Shown here: piece after piece, positions 1 to 9,415 of the stretch
Layout of the letters: every line of letters begins with the position of its first letter
Position numbering within the stretch: the first letter of the stretch is position 1
Source of the DNA: a virus
Virus record (IMG/VR): IMGVR_UViG_3300045988_077974
DNA: 57,763 nucleotides
Strand: one strand, 5' to 3'
Notes under the pieces: model-generated
The model's input: only the letters and a program-made list of their open reading frames with translations
Databases searched by the model: none
Told to the model about the DNA's origin: nothing
Program-made: the position numbers and the translations under genes

Positions 1-108
1 GTAATCTCCAGAGCTACCAATCTGTGCGGAATCTCCAGAGCTACCAATCTTTGCGGAATCTCCAGAGCTACCAATCTTTGCGGAATCTCCAGAGCTACCA
101 ATCTGCGC
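1..108. repeat. 27-bp tandem repeat, 4 units (consensus ggaatctccagagctaccaatctgtgc)
   Basis: Units at 1-27, 28-54, 55-81 and 82-108 differ only at three variable positions. Same family as 57373..57763. Confidence 0.95.
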
Positions 109-480
109 GTTTCTTTCTTTGCTGTCGTTTTTGCCAGAACCATCACAGGTAAATCTTGTCTTTTCGATGGTAAAGTCAACACACGCTTTGATAAATCCTT
201 TAAGACCAAGCTTTAAACCGACGTGTAATTTGTTCGTAGCACATTTATCCTCTTTTTCGTATACATCTCCGACAGCTTCCACCTCTGAAAATTCAGAAAT
301 ATTGCCATTTTCATCTACTAATGGATAATAATTAAGCACGTCGAACGGCTCCTTGCAAAAATGCATAACACCAGATTCACAAATTTCGTTTCCGCTTTCC
401 TCGTAAGTAGTATTTTCCTCATACTGCTTTCCTTTGCAAATCATTCCTTTTTCGTAAGCTTTGTAACCTTTAACTGACAT
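1..480 (-). CDS. Repeat protein, N-terminal part: DUF7666-like head followed by IGSSGD[YS]A[QK] nonapeptide repeats. The ORF runs off the window start and is continued by 57149..57763 if the molecule is circular
   Basis: ATG at 480-478 sits behind a GGAGA RBS. My translation MSVKGYKAYEKGMICKGKQYEENTTYEESGNEICESGVMHFCKEPFDVLNYYPL... stays open to nt 1 and enters the 27-bp repeats. It is absent from the ORF track because no stop lies in the window. Confidence 0.7.
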   Translation of the reverse strand, partial: MSVKGYKAYEKGMICKGKQYEENTTYEESGNEICESGVMHFCKEPFDVLNYYPLVDENGNISEFSEVEAVGDVYEKEDKCATNKLHVGLKLGLKGFIKACVDFTIEKTRFTCDGSGKNDSKERNAQIGSSGDSAKIGSSGDSAKIGSSGDSAQIGSSGDY

Positions 481-494
481 AAACGTCTCCTTTC

Positions 495-1232
495 TTAAAT
501 TTCCATCTGCTTAAACTTATTGATAAAGTAAATCTGACCTTTACCGCTAACCTTTGTGGTTCGTGTAATTCTCACGCTTCCATCGGGATTCTGAAAGTTG
601 CTTTCTTTCACCTCGAAAAGCCCCTGTTCGACATAACGCTGCTGCGGCATATTCCTTGACGAACCACTTTTGATTAAGTAGCCGTTGCTCCGTAACCACT
701 CAAACAATCGTTTCTGCCCTATCTGGTAGCCGTTCTGACAAATTAGTTTTGCCAAATCGCCAACAAGAATTGACGTCTTACTGGTTGCTACCGCATCAGC
801 AAAAACCTCTTTCGGTTTCATACGCTGAATAATCCTGTCCCTCTCTGCGATTTTGTTATTTGCAACAACCAACGCCTTTGCCATCAGCTCTTCATCAGAT
901 AAATACTCCTGCCCGTCAATGTAACCTCCGTTCTTTCTGATTGACGGCAACACCTCTGACGTAACCCATTTGCGGAATTTCTTTGCATTTGGCTTATCAC
1001 TTCGCAGGATAACAGCATAAAGACCGCTTTCTGTAATGAAGTTGGTATTTCCTGCACGCCCTAGATTTAATCTAGTGCGTTCGTCTTCATCAAGCCTTTT
1101 TGCTACGTCAGTAGCATTCTTAATCCCCAACGCCTTGCAAACATCAGCCAAGCAAAACATTGGTTCATCATCCACAGTTACGGTTCGGATTTCTCCAAAC
1201 TCACTGTTTTGAAAAATCTGTAAATCTTCCAT
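495..1232 (-). CDS. Phage antirepressor (Bro-N domain plus KilAC/ANT-like C-terminal domain)
   Basis: The N-terminus FQNSEFGEIRTVTVDDEPMFCLADVCKALG...KFRKWVTSEVLPSIRKNG matches the Bro-N signature. The C-terminal ILVGDLAKLICQNGYQIGQKRLFEWLR resembles KilAC. Confidence 0.85.
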   Translation of the reverse strand: MEDLQIFQNSEFGEIRTVTVDDEPMFCLADVCKALGIKNATDVAKRLDEDERTRLNLGRAGNTNFITESGLYAVILRSDKPNAKKFRKWVTSEVLPSIRKNGGYIDGQEYLSDEELMAKALVVANNKIAERDRIIQRMKPKEVFADAVATSKTSILVGDLAKLICQNGYQIGQKRLFEWLRSNGYLIKSGSSRNMPQQRYVEQGLFEVKESNFQNPDGSVRITRTTKVSGKGQIYFINKFKQMEI

Positions 1233-1284
1233 ATAATCTCCTTTCTGTGATATAATGTCCTAAAAAACTTTAGGAGGATTTCGT

Positions 1285-1710
1285 ATGCTTTCTTTGAAAA
1301 CACAAAATTTGTCGGTAATCATTCCTGCAATTACGCTTATGGTTTCTATCGTATCTCCCGTTATTGTGGCTTTGATAAACAACGTCCATAATAGCCATAT
1401 GAAAAGAATGGAATTAAAATACGAAAAGCTATCTTCTTATTACGAAAAACAGCAAGAAGTATTTTCAAACTTCCTAAGTAGCGTTTCTCGGCAAATAGAG
1501 TCGAATTATCAAAGTCAGCGTATTGAATACATTCGTTGTTACAATGAATTGTTTCTTTACACACCGAGTAAATACTGGGATGAATTTCAGAAACTAAACG
1601 AATTGATACTTTCAAGGAATACATCAGAAGCAAAGGTAAAACTATCTTCTGTCGCTAAAACATTGGGCAAAATCCTACAAATATCTGAGAAACAATTCCC
1701 AAAAATATAG
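1285..1710 (+). CDS. Hypothetical membrane-anchored protein
   Basis: RBS taggagga lies 6 nt before the ATG. N-terminal hydrophobic segment. No recognisable family. Confidence 0.4.
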   Translation: MLSLKTQNLSVIIPAITLMVSIVSPVIVALINNVHNSHMKRMELKYEKLSSYYEKQQEVFSNFLSSVSRQIESNYQSQRIEYIRCYNELFLYTPSKYWDEFQKLNELILSRNTSEAKVKLSSVAKTLGKILQISEKQFPKI

Positions 1711-1846
1711 TGTAGAAGAGACCGTATAACCCCCATCCCTGCTCTGACCTTGCGTGCCAATACGAAGTGGCACAGGTGATAATCACAAAAATAGAAATCG
1801 GAATTGCGTCAAGCAAACTTCGATTTAATACCTGTAATGTCAACAT
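1655..1846 (-). CDS. Small hydrophobic protein (2 TM-like segments)
   Basis: GGAGGG RBS before the ATG at 1846. Follows the 1907..2053 ORF in the same operon. Overlaps the 3' end of 1285..1710, so one of the two may be spurious. Confidence 0.3.
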   Translation of the reverse strand: MLTLQVLNRSLLDAIPISIFVIITCATSYWHARSEQGWGLYGLFYTIFLGIVSQIFVGFCPMF

Positions 1847-1906
1847 CTTCCCTCCTCATTTTGATATACCGCTTCTTCCTTTTCTAAGTAAACCAGTTCG
1901 TCCAAG

Positions 1907-2053
1907 CTAAGCCTCCTTTGCTTCCTTATGCTTCTTCTCTTTCTGCTCTGCCATATTCTCTACTTTTCCGAGAATGTATCCCTTGTCAAAATCCGACATT
2001 TTAGGAATGGCGTCTTTGAGCTTCTCGACAATGTTCTTTTCCTTTTCACTCAT
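1907..2053 (-). CDS. Small early protein (48 aa, MSEKEKNIVEKLKDAIPKMSDFDKGYILGKVENMAEQKEKKHKEAKEA)
   Basis: Hand translation. GGGGAGG RBS 8 nt upstream. First gene of the leftward early operon, divergent from the XRE gene. Too short for the ORF track. Confidence 0.45.
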   Translation of the reverse strand: MSEKEKNIVEKLKDAIPKMSDFDKGYILGKVENMAEQKEKKHKEAKEA

Positions 2054-2072
2054 AGGCTTTTACCTCCCCTCT

Positions 2073-2157
2073 TTGTTGATTCTAAAACAAGTATATGTCA
2101 TTCTAAAACATTTGTCAATAAGTTTTTGTTGATTTTTTCAACAATGTATGGTATTCT
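2073..2157. promoter_or_regulatory. Divergent early control region: operator-like direct repeats plus a putative rightward promoter
   Basis: ATTCTAAAACA occurs at 2079-2089 and 2100-2110 (21-bp spacing). TTGTTGATT occurs at 2073-2081 and 2126-2134. Putative promoter: -35 TTGATT at 2129-2134, 17-nt spacer, extended -10 TGgTATTCT at 2149-2157. Confidence 0.45.
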
Positions 2158-2181
2158 ATTATCAGAAAGGAGGGAATAGTC

Positions 2182-2544
2182 TTGAATGAGCGTATTAAAC
2201 AAATAAGAAACACGTTCGATCTTACTCAACAGGAATTTGCGGATAAGATAAAAGTAAAAAGGAATACTGTAGCCACATATGAAATGGGAAGAAGTATTCC
2301 AAGTGATTCCGCAATAGCATTGATATGTAGAGTTTTTGGTGTTAGCGAGGATTGGCTTAGAACAGGGAGCGGAGAAATGCTTTCTAAAAGCACCAAAGAC
2401 GAACAGATTTCAGAAATGTTAGGAGAAATTCAAAGAGGAGAAGAAGACAGTTTCAAACGCAGACTTGTTTCCGCACTATCTAAATTAAGCGATTCAGAAT
2501 GGGATGTTTTAGAAAAACTGATTGATTCTATCGCAGAAAAGTAA
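2182..2544 (+). CDS. XRE-family helix-turn-helix regulator (Cro/CI-type)
   Basis: TTG start behind AAGGAGGG. IRNTFDLTQQEFADKIKVKRNTVATYEMGRSIPSDSAIALICRVFGVSEDWL is a canonical HTH_3/XRE motif. Confidence 0.85.
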   Translation: MNERIKQIRNTFDLTQQEFADKIKVKRNTVATYEMGRSIPSDSAIALICRVFGVSEDWLRTGSGEMLSKSTKDEQISEMLGEIQRGEEDSFKRRLVSALSKLSDSEWDVLEKLIDSIAEK

Positions 2545-2548
2545 CAAA

Positions 2549-2581
2549 GAGCCACGGTAGGCAAAACCGTGGCTCTTTTTC
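2549..2581 (+). terminator. Rho-independent terminator
   Basis: Stem GAGCCACGG (2549-2557) pairs with CCGTGGCTC (2567-2575), followed by TTTTT. Confidence 0.8.
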
Positions 2582-2687
2582 ATCCTATAAGTTTTTTCAG
2601 ATAAGCGTATATGGCTTTTAGCCAGTAAAGGCTCTGACAATTATTCACCATTTCAATAATTTCCTGTTTCAATTCATCCTTTTCCAT
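2580..2687 (-). CDS. Possible 35-aa ORF (MEKDELKQEIIEMVNNCQSLYWLKAIYAYLKKLIG)
   Basis: GGAGGT RBS 5 nt upstream of the ATG at 2687. Very short, with no other support. Confidence 0.25.
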   Translation of the reverse strand: MEKDELKQEIIEMVNNCQSLYWLKAIYAYLKKLIG

Positions 2688-2760
2688 ACAATACCTCCAT
2701 AGCCAATCTCCCAGTGACGATTTACCCCATTATAGAACGTATGTTCTTTTATGTCAATAC

Positions 2761-2789
2761 TTGACTTCATTCGTAAATCATCGTAAAAT
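2761..2789 (+). promoter_or_regulatory. Near-consensus sigma70/sigmaA-type promoter for the CI-like gene
   Basis: TTGACT at 2761-2766, 17-nt spacer, TAAAAT at 2784-2789. Confidence 0.6.
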
Positions 2790-2914
2790 TTTTATGTGCT
2801 TAAAATTTCGGGACGGCAGAAACGCCAATAACTACCGCCCCTATGCCAAAACTTGAAGTCCCCCTCTTTGTAGGGGGTATATATATCATAGCACGCTTAA
2901 TAGGAGGAGAAAGT

Positions 2915-3709
2915 ATGATAAGGGATGAAAAATTGAAACAAATTTCGACAAAGTTAATTCGTTCTGACAAAGTGGACGATATCGCCACGCTACGCCGTAA
3001 CGTGGAAATGTACGTTCAAGACCCCGATATTACGATACGGGATATTTCGGAACAGTCGGGCGTACCGATACCAACGATAAACAATCTGCTATACAAAGAC
3101 AAGCAGGGAATACGGCTGTCTACCGTCATAGCACTGGCAAGGGCATTACAGGTCAGCATTGATGAATTGGTCGGCTGTCAGACTATGACAAAGGAAATGC
3201 GGGAAAGCGTAGAAATCTGCCGTGGACTACCCGAAAATGCGCTGCTGTTAGTTCGGTACTTCATACGCCATCAGCAAATGCTATACTCAAAAGTAAGTAA
3301 CAAATCTAATTATATCTCTGTATTCGTTCCGAAGTATGAAAATGGAATCCTAGCAACTACCAACGTATCTGAAATGGTCAATTTAGAGAATTTTCCGTCA
3401 AATGTGAAATCCAAGGCTTATACTGGAATTAAAATTCCTAACGACAGTTATATGCCCTACTATATGGAAAATGAGATTGTACTGGTTGCCTGCGACCGTG
3501 AAGCTGTCAAAGGTGAGCATTGTATTATTACCAGTGGCGGCGGTATCTATATTGTAAAGAAAGAAATCAGTGTTCGGAACTGCAGGAAAGAAAAGCACTA
3601 CATATCTCTTTATGGTGATTCTGACATTATCCCAGACAGCAAAATTGACGATAGGATAGGTTATGTGGTCGGTTTTATCGACAGCAACGGAAAATGGGGT
3701 GTTCGGTGA
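2915..3709 (+). CDS. CI-like repressor: N-terminal HTH plus C-terminal S24/LexA-like domain
   Basis: ATG at 2915 behind AGGAGG (the track ORF starts earlier, at 2843). HTH segment: ITIRDISEQSGVPIPTINNLLYKDKQGIRLSTVIALARALQVSIDEL. The C-terminus (IKIPNDSYMPYY...IVLV...GEHCII...GYVVGF) resembles the S24 fold, from memory of the GDSM-type motif. Confidence 0.65.
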   Translation: MIRDEKLKQISTKLIRSDKVDDIATLRRNVEMYVQDPDITIRDISEQSGVPIPTINNLLYKDKQGIRLSTVIALARALQVSIDELVGCQTMTKEMRESVEICRGLPENALLLVRYFIRHQQMLYSKVSNKSNYISVFVPKYENGILATTNVSEMVNLENFPSNVKSKAYTGIKIPNDSYMPYYMENEIVLVACDREAVKGEHCIITSGGGIYIVKKEISVRNCRKEKHYISLYGDSDIIPDSKIDDRIGYVVGFIDSNGKWGVR

Positions 3710-3723
3710 TTGAATTTTGGCAA

Positions 3724-3756
3724 TAAAAAAAGGGGGGGCATATGCCCCCTTTTGAT
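3724..3756. terminator. Bidirectional terminator between the convergent CI-like and endolysin genes
   Basis: Perfect palindrome GGGGGCATATGCCCCC (3734-3749) flanked by an A-run and a T-run. Confidence 0.75.
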
Positions 3757-3757
3757 T

Positions 3758-4552
3758 TTAAAATTTTAAATATTTTTTTGCTACATATCCTGCTTTTCCC
3801 TTGTATTTCACTTTAGACATAGTATAAAGCGTGCCGCAAATTATCATCTTTTTTGCGTTTTTATCAAGAACAGAAACGCTACATTCTTTTAAAATAGAAC
3901 CTATTTTCTTTCCTTTTGAGTTTCTAAATGCAAGGCAGGAAGCATTTACTTTTGCTATTACAGAACTTCCATTTTTTGTTTTTTCTTTTTTTACATTTTT
4001 AGAATCATACGGAGGTCTGCCAAACCCTGCAATCCTCCCGTAATTAATTGGATATGTTTTTAAAGCAACACATCCACCGTTTGCAATCACTCCGATTTTA
4101 GAGCTTGTATTCCCCTCTATTGTATCAAATTCGTTAGACCTAACTTTTACTACAAGACCTGTATGGCAAATTCTTCCTTTTGAATTTTTAAAAAATACCT
4201 GGTCTCCTGCTTTTGGGTTTTTATGCCATGCATTTTTTGATTTGTACATGTTAGAACTGCTTATTGTATAATCATCAAAATTTCCGCAAATAAGTTTTTT
4301 GGCTGTTGAAATTCCGTAAGCTTTCTGAAAACACCAATCAACAAAACAATCACACCAATATGCAGGAAAATCCATAACAGACGGGTATATTTTGTGCATA
4401 TCTCTTCCATATTTTGTATAATTGTCCGACCCCGCACCCTCTTTTTTCTTATCAAGGACGGATGGGTCCATTTTGTATGCTGATTTTGATTTTTCAATAT
4501 AACCTATCTCTTTTTTTGCGACTTTAATTACAGTTTTTGGACAAATTGACAT
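3758..4552 (-). CDS. Endolysin: CHAP/NlpC-like hydrolase domain plus SH3b-like C-terminal domain
   Basis: Motifs YWCDCFVDWCF...GDQVFF...ICHTGLVV...FDTIEGNTS are typical of CHAP lysins. The C-terminal ~65 aa (GYVAKKYLKF) is SH3b-like. Last gene of the late operon. Confidence 0.8.
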   Translation of the reverse strand: MSICPKTVIKVAKKEIGYIEKSKSAYKMDPSVLDKKKEGAGSDNYTKYGRDMHKIYPSVMDFPAYWCDCFVDWCFQKAYGISTAKKLICGNFDDYTISSSNMYKSKNAWHKNPKAGDQVFFKNSKGRICHTGLVVKVRSNEFDTIEGNTSSKIGVIANGGCVALKTYPINYGRIAGFGRPPYDSKNVKKEKTKNGSSVIAKVNASCLAFRNSKGKKIGSILKECSVSVLDKNAKKMIICGTLYTMSKVKYKGKAGYVAKKYLKF

Positions 4553-4554
4553 TT

Positions 4555-4668
4555 TTATGCCTCCTTTTCTTTATTTAATTCTTTTTCGACAAGATCACGC
4601 CACTTAACAGGAACATCTTCCAATTTCTTTTTCCCTGCCTTAATTTGTAATACATAAAATTTTACCAT
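4555..4668 (-). CDS. Small conserved late protein (37 aa, MVKFYVLQIKAGKKKLEDVPVKWRDLVEKELNKEKEA), in an XkdX-like position
   Basis: Hand translation. GGAGGTGAATAAT RBS. The motif L.DVP..WR..V is recalled from small proteins found between the fibre and lysis genes of Firmicutes phages. Confidence 0.5.
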   Translation of the reverse strand: MVKFYVLQIKAGKKKLEDVPVKWRDLVEKELNKEKEA

Positions 4669-4669
4669 A

Positions 4670-4945
4670 TTATTCACCTCCAATAATGGATGCAAGTTCA
4701 TCAATTGCAGATTCTATTGCACTTAATCTTTCTTCTGTTGTTGGTTCTATATAGTCCGTAGATTGTGAGTTTTTAATATCATTCAACACATCATTGTCTA
4801 CAATCAACATTTTTTTGTCTTTGTCGTATTTATACGCAAAGAGATCAGATACCGATTCTACAGATGGCATTTCTTCTACTTCCACAATATTTTCTGCATC
4901 TTTTTCTGCATAATAGCCCTTATTATCAATTCCTATTTTATACAT
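4670..4945 (-). CDS. Hypothetical tail-fibre-associated protein
   Basis: ORF track. Tightly packed between the fibre and lysis genes. Confidence 0.55.
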   Translation of the reverse strand: MYKIGIDNKGYYAEKDAENIVEVEEMPSVESVSDLFAYKYDKDKKMLIVDNDVLNDIKNSQSTDYIEPTTEERLSAIESAIDELASIIGGE

Positions 4946-4960
4946 ATTAAATTTCCCTCC

Positions 4961-6067
4961 TTAATTTATTTGAAGTAAACTAATCGTAAAGCTACCACTT
5001 TGACTGTTAATCCATCCGCTTCCGCTTACCGTTAATGTATATCCGCTAACTGAATTGCTTGCAAAATTTTGATCTAATGCGCGACATAGATTTCCGTCAT
5101 AACCATATAAGATTCCTCTTACAATTCCAGTCGTGGGACTTTGTGGGTTATATTTACAACTGCCATAAAAAACAGCTATCCAAAATTTATTTTTCGGAAG
5201 AGAAACCGATGCACTTCCATTATTACTTTCTTTCCTTTCTATCGTTTTTGCGTATCCCCAATCATTTACTATTGAATCTGTTACCTTATTATTTTCAAAT
5301 TTTTCATACAAAACTTTATTTTGAACTGGGTTTTCGCTAGTGCTTGAAAGCTCAGTATCTATAGTTATATTTGCAATTTTTTTGGCTTGTTCTGAATAAT
5401 ACTTTGCGTTGTCTGTATCTTCCCCATCTCTGATACCGCTCTTCCCAACTGCGTAAGATTGTGATAATTTAGCGTCTGTTAATGCATTGCTTTCGCTTGT
5501 AGATGCATTTTCAGCACTGCTACTTGCGGATTGTGCTTGTGCAGTTATATTAGATAAATAATTTTGTTCTAAATATTCATCTGTAATACTTCCTTTTAAA
5601 ATATCAGCATTTACAGCAAAACTTCCATCTGCATTTTCGATTTTTTCAAAACGAATCCTTTGACTATTATTAAAATTGTAAGTAGGAATCATGCTTCCAA
5701 TATTAGCTTGCCATTCGGTTCCGTCTTCCGTTGTCATTACAAGCACTCCGTTGCTATTCAAGGAAAATGATACTGGTATTTTTTCGATGTTAAAATCAAT
5801 GCTAAAACTTGTTCCGTCAAAAAACTTAAAAGTCAAAATCCCTGTTTCAGCATCCCATGTAGGCGTTTCTGAAAGTAATTTATTTGCCGAAGATTTGTCA
5901 AGCTTTTCAATGCTAAATCCATTGTATACGACATCCATAATTTCACACAATTTTTTTATTGTATTGTCCATTTTGTTTAAATTGTTTTTATCAATAGGCG
6001 TCTTAAGGCTTTCTGATCTGTTTTCCCATCCAACGGGATAATAAATAATTTTTTCGTAATTATCCAT
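4961..6067 (-). CDS. Tail fibre / receptor-binding protein candidate
   Basis: Position after the tail tip gene. Ala/Ser/Gln-rich coiled segment AQAQSASSSAENASTSESNALTDAKLSQSYA, typical of phage fibres. Confidence 0.6.
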   Translation of the reverse strand: MDNYEKIIYYPVGWENRSESLKTPIDKNNLNKMDNTIKKLCEIMDVVYNGFSIEKLDKSSANKLLSETPTWDAETGILTFKFFDGTSFSIDFNIEKIPVSFSLNSNGVLVMTTEDGTEWQANIGSMIPTYNFNNSQRIRFEKIENADGSFAVNADILKGSITDEYLEQNYLSNITAQAQSASSSAENASTSESNALTDAKLSQSYAVGKSGIRDGEDTDNAKYYSEQAKKIANITIDTELSSTSENPVQNKVLYEKFENNKVTDSIVNDWGYAKTIERKESNNGSASVSLPKNKFWIAVFYGSCKYNPQSPTTGIVRGILYGYDGNLCRALDQNFASNSVSGYTLTVSGSGWINSQSGSFTISLLQIN

Positions 6068-6078
6068 ATTCTTTCCTC

Positions 6079-8901
6079 CTAAACTCTAGCCCAGTATCCA
6101 TAATTTATCCTGTAATATTGCCCTTGTGTTTCTATATCTGTATGATATACCATTATTTCTTGTAAAGATGGAATAATAGAAACTCCTAAAACGTAAAATT
6201 CACAAGAATCAAAATCTCCATTTGTTGCATTCGCAGGCATATCTGTTATAATTCCTGGGGTGCTTATTCTTAAATACGCATGCTCATTTGAATCATTACC
6301 TGAATACACATTTACAACTGTTCCTGTAACATATTTCATATTATTCAAAATTATAGAATCCGTTTTGATTGAAGGTGTTGATATTCCTTTTGAAACTTCT
6401 ACTATATCACCATTTTCTTCAACGGTTGTTGATTCTCCGAATTGAAATTTACCACAATCTGTAACAAATTTTGGCAATGGGTTAAAGTCTCCATCATATC
6501 CTCCATTCTCTATCTTTACATTAGCAGTTATTACTTCTTGCTTTGCAACTCCCATCCTTGTTGTGTATTCAATTTTTTCAAAAACCAACTCACCTTTTGA
6601 TATTCCACAAGAAATTCCCTCTTTAAATGTTTCTGTTTTTGTACCTCCATTCCCATCTTCTATTTCTAAAGATTTGTCAGTATGGTCAGAACAAGATATT
6701 TCACCTCCACTACTAAGAGAAACCTCACTCCATTGTACACCATCTGGTATTTCTTCTTGAGTTACATCATACCATTTTGCTTCTCCTTCTATAACAATAT
6801 ACTGATAAAGCCTACTATTTTCAGTATCAAAATAATGTGCCCCCAAAGTTGCAAGAGTAAAATTAGGTGCTCCTTGTCCGATATATTCAATATTTTGACT
6901 TTCTAAATAATTATTTCTTAGAAGTATTAATCCTTCTTCGTTTGATGCTGTTTGAAGATTTATTTTTCCTCCTGTCACATCTATTGATTTTGCAACAACC
7001 TCTCCGTCAGAATTAACAGAAAAAAGCTCGCTAATTATGTTAATTTTATTCGCTGTAAGGTTTATTGTTTTTCCCGAAATAATGTTTAATATATCTTCTG
7101 CTGTAAAATCAATATTATCTGCGGTTAATTTTATGTAATTTTTCCCGGAATCGGCATCAACACCAAGTTCAACACTTACTATTTTCCCGTTTTTATCTAC
7201 TTTTAAAACGATTTCAGAGGCAAATTGTTCAATTGAAGATTCTAATTTTTCTACGCTTTCTTCTGCCTGTCCTATTTCTTTCCAAGAACCGCTTGGATTG
7301 GTCTTTTGGTAAATTTTGCCATCCGAAACATTGAGATAATAGTCTTTTTTTGAAGAAAACCAAAGCTTTGGCGTAGGCAATCCATAACCGTATTCGTAAG
7401 AATCCGCATTTTCTACATACCATTTTGATTGAGAAGAAGAAACCGTACTGCTTATTTCCTCTGCCGTTTGTTCTATAGATGTTTGCAATGTTTTTTTCGA
7501 GGAATTTGCATCTTCTTTTGTTTCGTATGTTTTTGAAACAGAAGATATTATTTCTTCTGCTGTTTGCTCTATATTACTTTGAAGTTTTTCTTCTTCTTCT
7601 GTAGCTCTTTTTACTTCTGTTGTGATTTGCTCGGCAGTTTGTTCAAATCTTGAAGATGTATTTTCACCGAGATTTTTTATATCCACAGACAACCCATCAA
7701 TAGATTTTTTTATTTCAAAACTTTTGCCAAGTAATTGTATGATTTCATCACGGCTTGTTGTCTCATTTGCCATTATTTTATTTCCTTTTGCCGTAAATTC
7801 ATCTTTTAGCCCTTGTATTCCGCTTAATGTCCTTGAAAAAACAAACGCTGTAACAGTATCTCTATTTTTCACTAAAGAATATGAATCTCCCAAATCAATA
7901 AATGGCAAGCCGTATAATTTTGTTGTGTTTGGTCTATATACTATATTCCTTATTTCGTTATGAATTGATTTTCCGATGGTTTTTAATTCTTGTTCGGATT
8001 TTCCGAAAAGTAAAAAATTAGAGGATATAACATAAGGATTGCTTTCATCGCTGTTTGATGAAACTCCGATATCGCTAGATGAAGATTTTATTGTTACGCA
8101 TGTAATAGGCATGGTTTCATATTCTTCATATTTTGTTTCAATGTATTGTAACCCCTCTGATTCAGAATCCAAAAACTCGACATTTGATTTTTCCGGGTAT
8201 AAATCTTCTGATGGATAAAGGTTGAAATCCGGATATATTCCAGATACTTTTACCGCTTTTATCTCATTAAATTTACCATATCGGTCAATATATCCAAAAG
8301 AACCATTTATTTCGCATATATATTTTAAAAGTAAAGCACCTGTAACTGTTCCTTTTCCCATTTCTACAGTCTTTTCAATATATATATCGTCATTTGCAAA
8401 TTCTCCACCGGAAAATTCTATCCCAAAATGTTTTAAAAGTTTTGAGCGAAATTCTGACAATTTAATTTTTTCATTTTCAGAAAATATATCGTTATAAAAA
8501 TCTGAAATATCTTCTGAAACGTCATAAAGCACATCATATGCAGTTATTTTCTTATAATCCTTATCATCTACGCATTTTGCACTATCGACACGATATACAC
8601 CCATAGGGACGGTTAAAACGATGTTGCCGTCTGAATCTTCCACATCCATATAGCACTTAAACTCAATTTCTGTAATGTCTTTATCCATAATTTCAGAAAC
8701 TTCAAATTCAAGCGAAGATGCAATACATCCACCTAAGACTAATTCCGAATCGCTACAGATAGATTGAGTAATTGTGACACTTTCTTGGTGAATTGTTTCG
8801 TTGTCAATCGTCAAGTTAATATCATCAAAAACCATCCGGTATCCCTTGTAATATCCGGACGAATAAAACATAGCTTTTTGTTCGTCTGTCAGATTAAGCA
8901 T
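6079..8901 (-). CDS. Tail tip / Tal-like minor structural protein (940 aa)
   Basis: Size and position (second gene after the tape measure). Central coiled-coil with repeated IEQTAEEI(S/I)S units. The N-terminal region resembles the prophage-tail family. Confidence 0.65.
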   Translation of the reverse strand: MLNLTDEQKAMFYSSGYYKGYRMVFDDINLTIDNETIHQESVTITQSICSDSELVLGGCIASSLEFEVSEIMDKDITEIEFKCYMDVEDSDGNIVLTVPMGVYRVDSAKCVDDKDYKKITAYDVLYDVSEDISDFYNDIFSENEKIKLSEFRSKLLKHFGIEFSGGEFANDDIYIEKTVEMGKGTVTGALLLKYICEINGSFGYIDRYGKFNEIKAVKVSGIYPDFNLYPSEDLYPEKSNVEFLDSESEGLQYIETKYEEYETMPITCVTIKSSSSDIGVSSNSDESNPYVISSNFLLFGKSEQELKTIGKSIHNEIRNIVYRPNTTKLYGLPFIDLGDSYSLVKNRDTVTAFVFSRTLSGIQGLKDEFTAKGNKIMANETTSRDEIIQLLGKSFEIKKSIDGLSVDIKNLGENTSSRFEQTAEQITTEVKRATEEEEKLQSNIEQTAEEIISSVSKTYETKEDANSSKKTLQTSIEQTAEEISSTVSSSQSKWYVENADSYEYGYGLPTPKLWFSSKKDYYLNVSDGKIYQKTNPSGSWKEIGQAEESVEKLESSIEQFASEIVLKVDKNGKIVSVELGVDADSGKNYIKLTADNIDFTAEDILNIISGKTINLTANKINIISELFSVNSDGEVVAKSIDVTGGKINLQTASNEEGLILLRNNYLESQNIEYIGQGAPNFTLATLGAHYFDTENSRLYQYIVIEGEAKWYDVTQEEIPDGVQWSEVSLSSGGEISCSDHTDKSLEIEDGNGGTKTETFKEGISCGISKGELVFEKIEYTTRMGVAKQEVITANVKIENGGYDGDFNPLPKFVTDCGKFQFGESTTVEENGDIVEVSKGISTPSIKTDSIILNNMKYVTGTVVNVYSGNDSNEHAYLRISTPGIITDMPANATNGDFDSCEFYVLGVSIIPSLQEIMVYHTDIETQGQYYRINYGYWARV

Positions 8902-8912
8902 ACGGCACCTCC

Positions 8913-9365
8913 TTAATACTCAATAAATTCCCAAGAAATCGGCATATACGTTGGAACGCCCTCATAAGTACCTCCGTACTGAAATTGAACGTCCGGAACA
9001 TAAAAGAATCCATGGTCATAATCGTTAGTCCATTCATTGAAATACCGTATTCTTATTTTCTTTTCCGGCAATCCTGCACAATCTTTTTGTTTCATTCCTG
9101 TAGTAAGTATTTTCATGAAAGAACGCATAGTAGTGTTTTTCATGTAAATGGTCGAAAATGCGATTCCGTCACGCATATGCTTTAACACATTTCTTTTAAG
9201 ATGACCGTTTGCATTTACATAGCTGTCAAGGTCCTGCGCTCTGCCGGGAGTGATATTAAGATTGTCAGCGGCAATGTATTTATCAATCTTTGTATACTGA
9301 TAATCACCTCCGGAATAACCGGTTGCTATCGAAACAAGACCTTTTGCTTTCTCAAATCCTGCCAT
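8913..9365 (-). CDS. Putative distal tail protein (assigned by position)
   Basis: First tail gene after the tape measure (apart from the inserted zinc-ribbon ORF). No motif recognised. Confidence 0.35.
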   Translation of the reverse strand: MAGFEKAKGLVSIATGYSGGDYQYTKIDKYIAADNLNITPGRAQDLDSYVNANGHLKRNVLKHMRDGIAFSTIYMKNTTMRSFMKILTTGMKQKDCAGLPEKKIRIRYFNEWTNDYDHGFFYVPDVQFQYGGTYEGVPTYMPISWEFIEY

Positions 9366-9415
9366 TTTATACCTCCAATTATTAAAGGTTAGCGGCTCTG
9401 AATAGACATAGCCGG

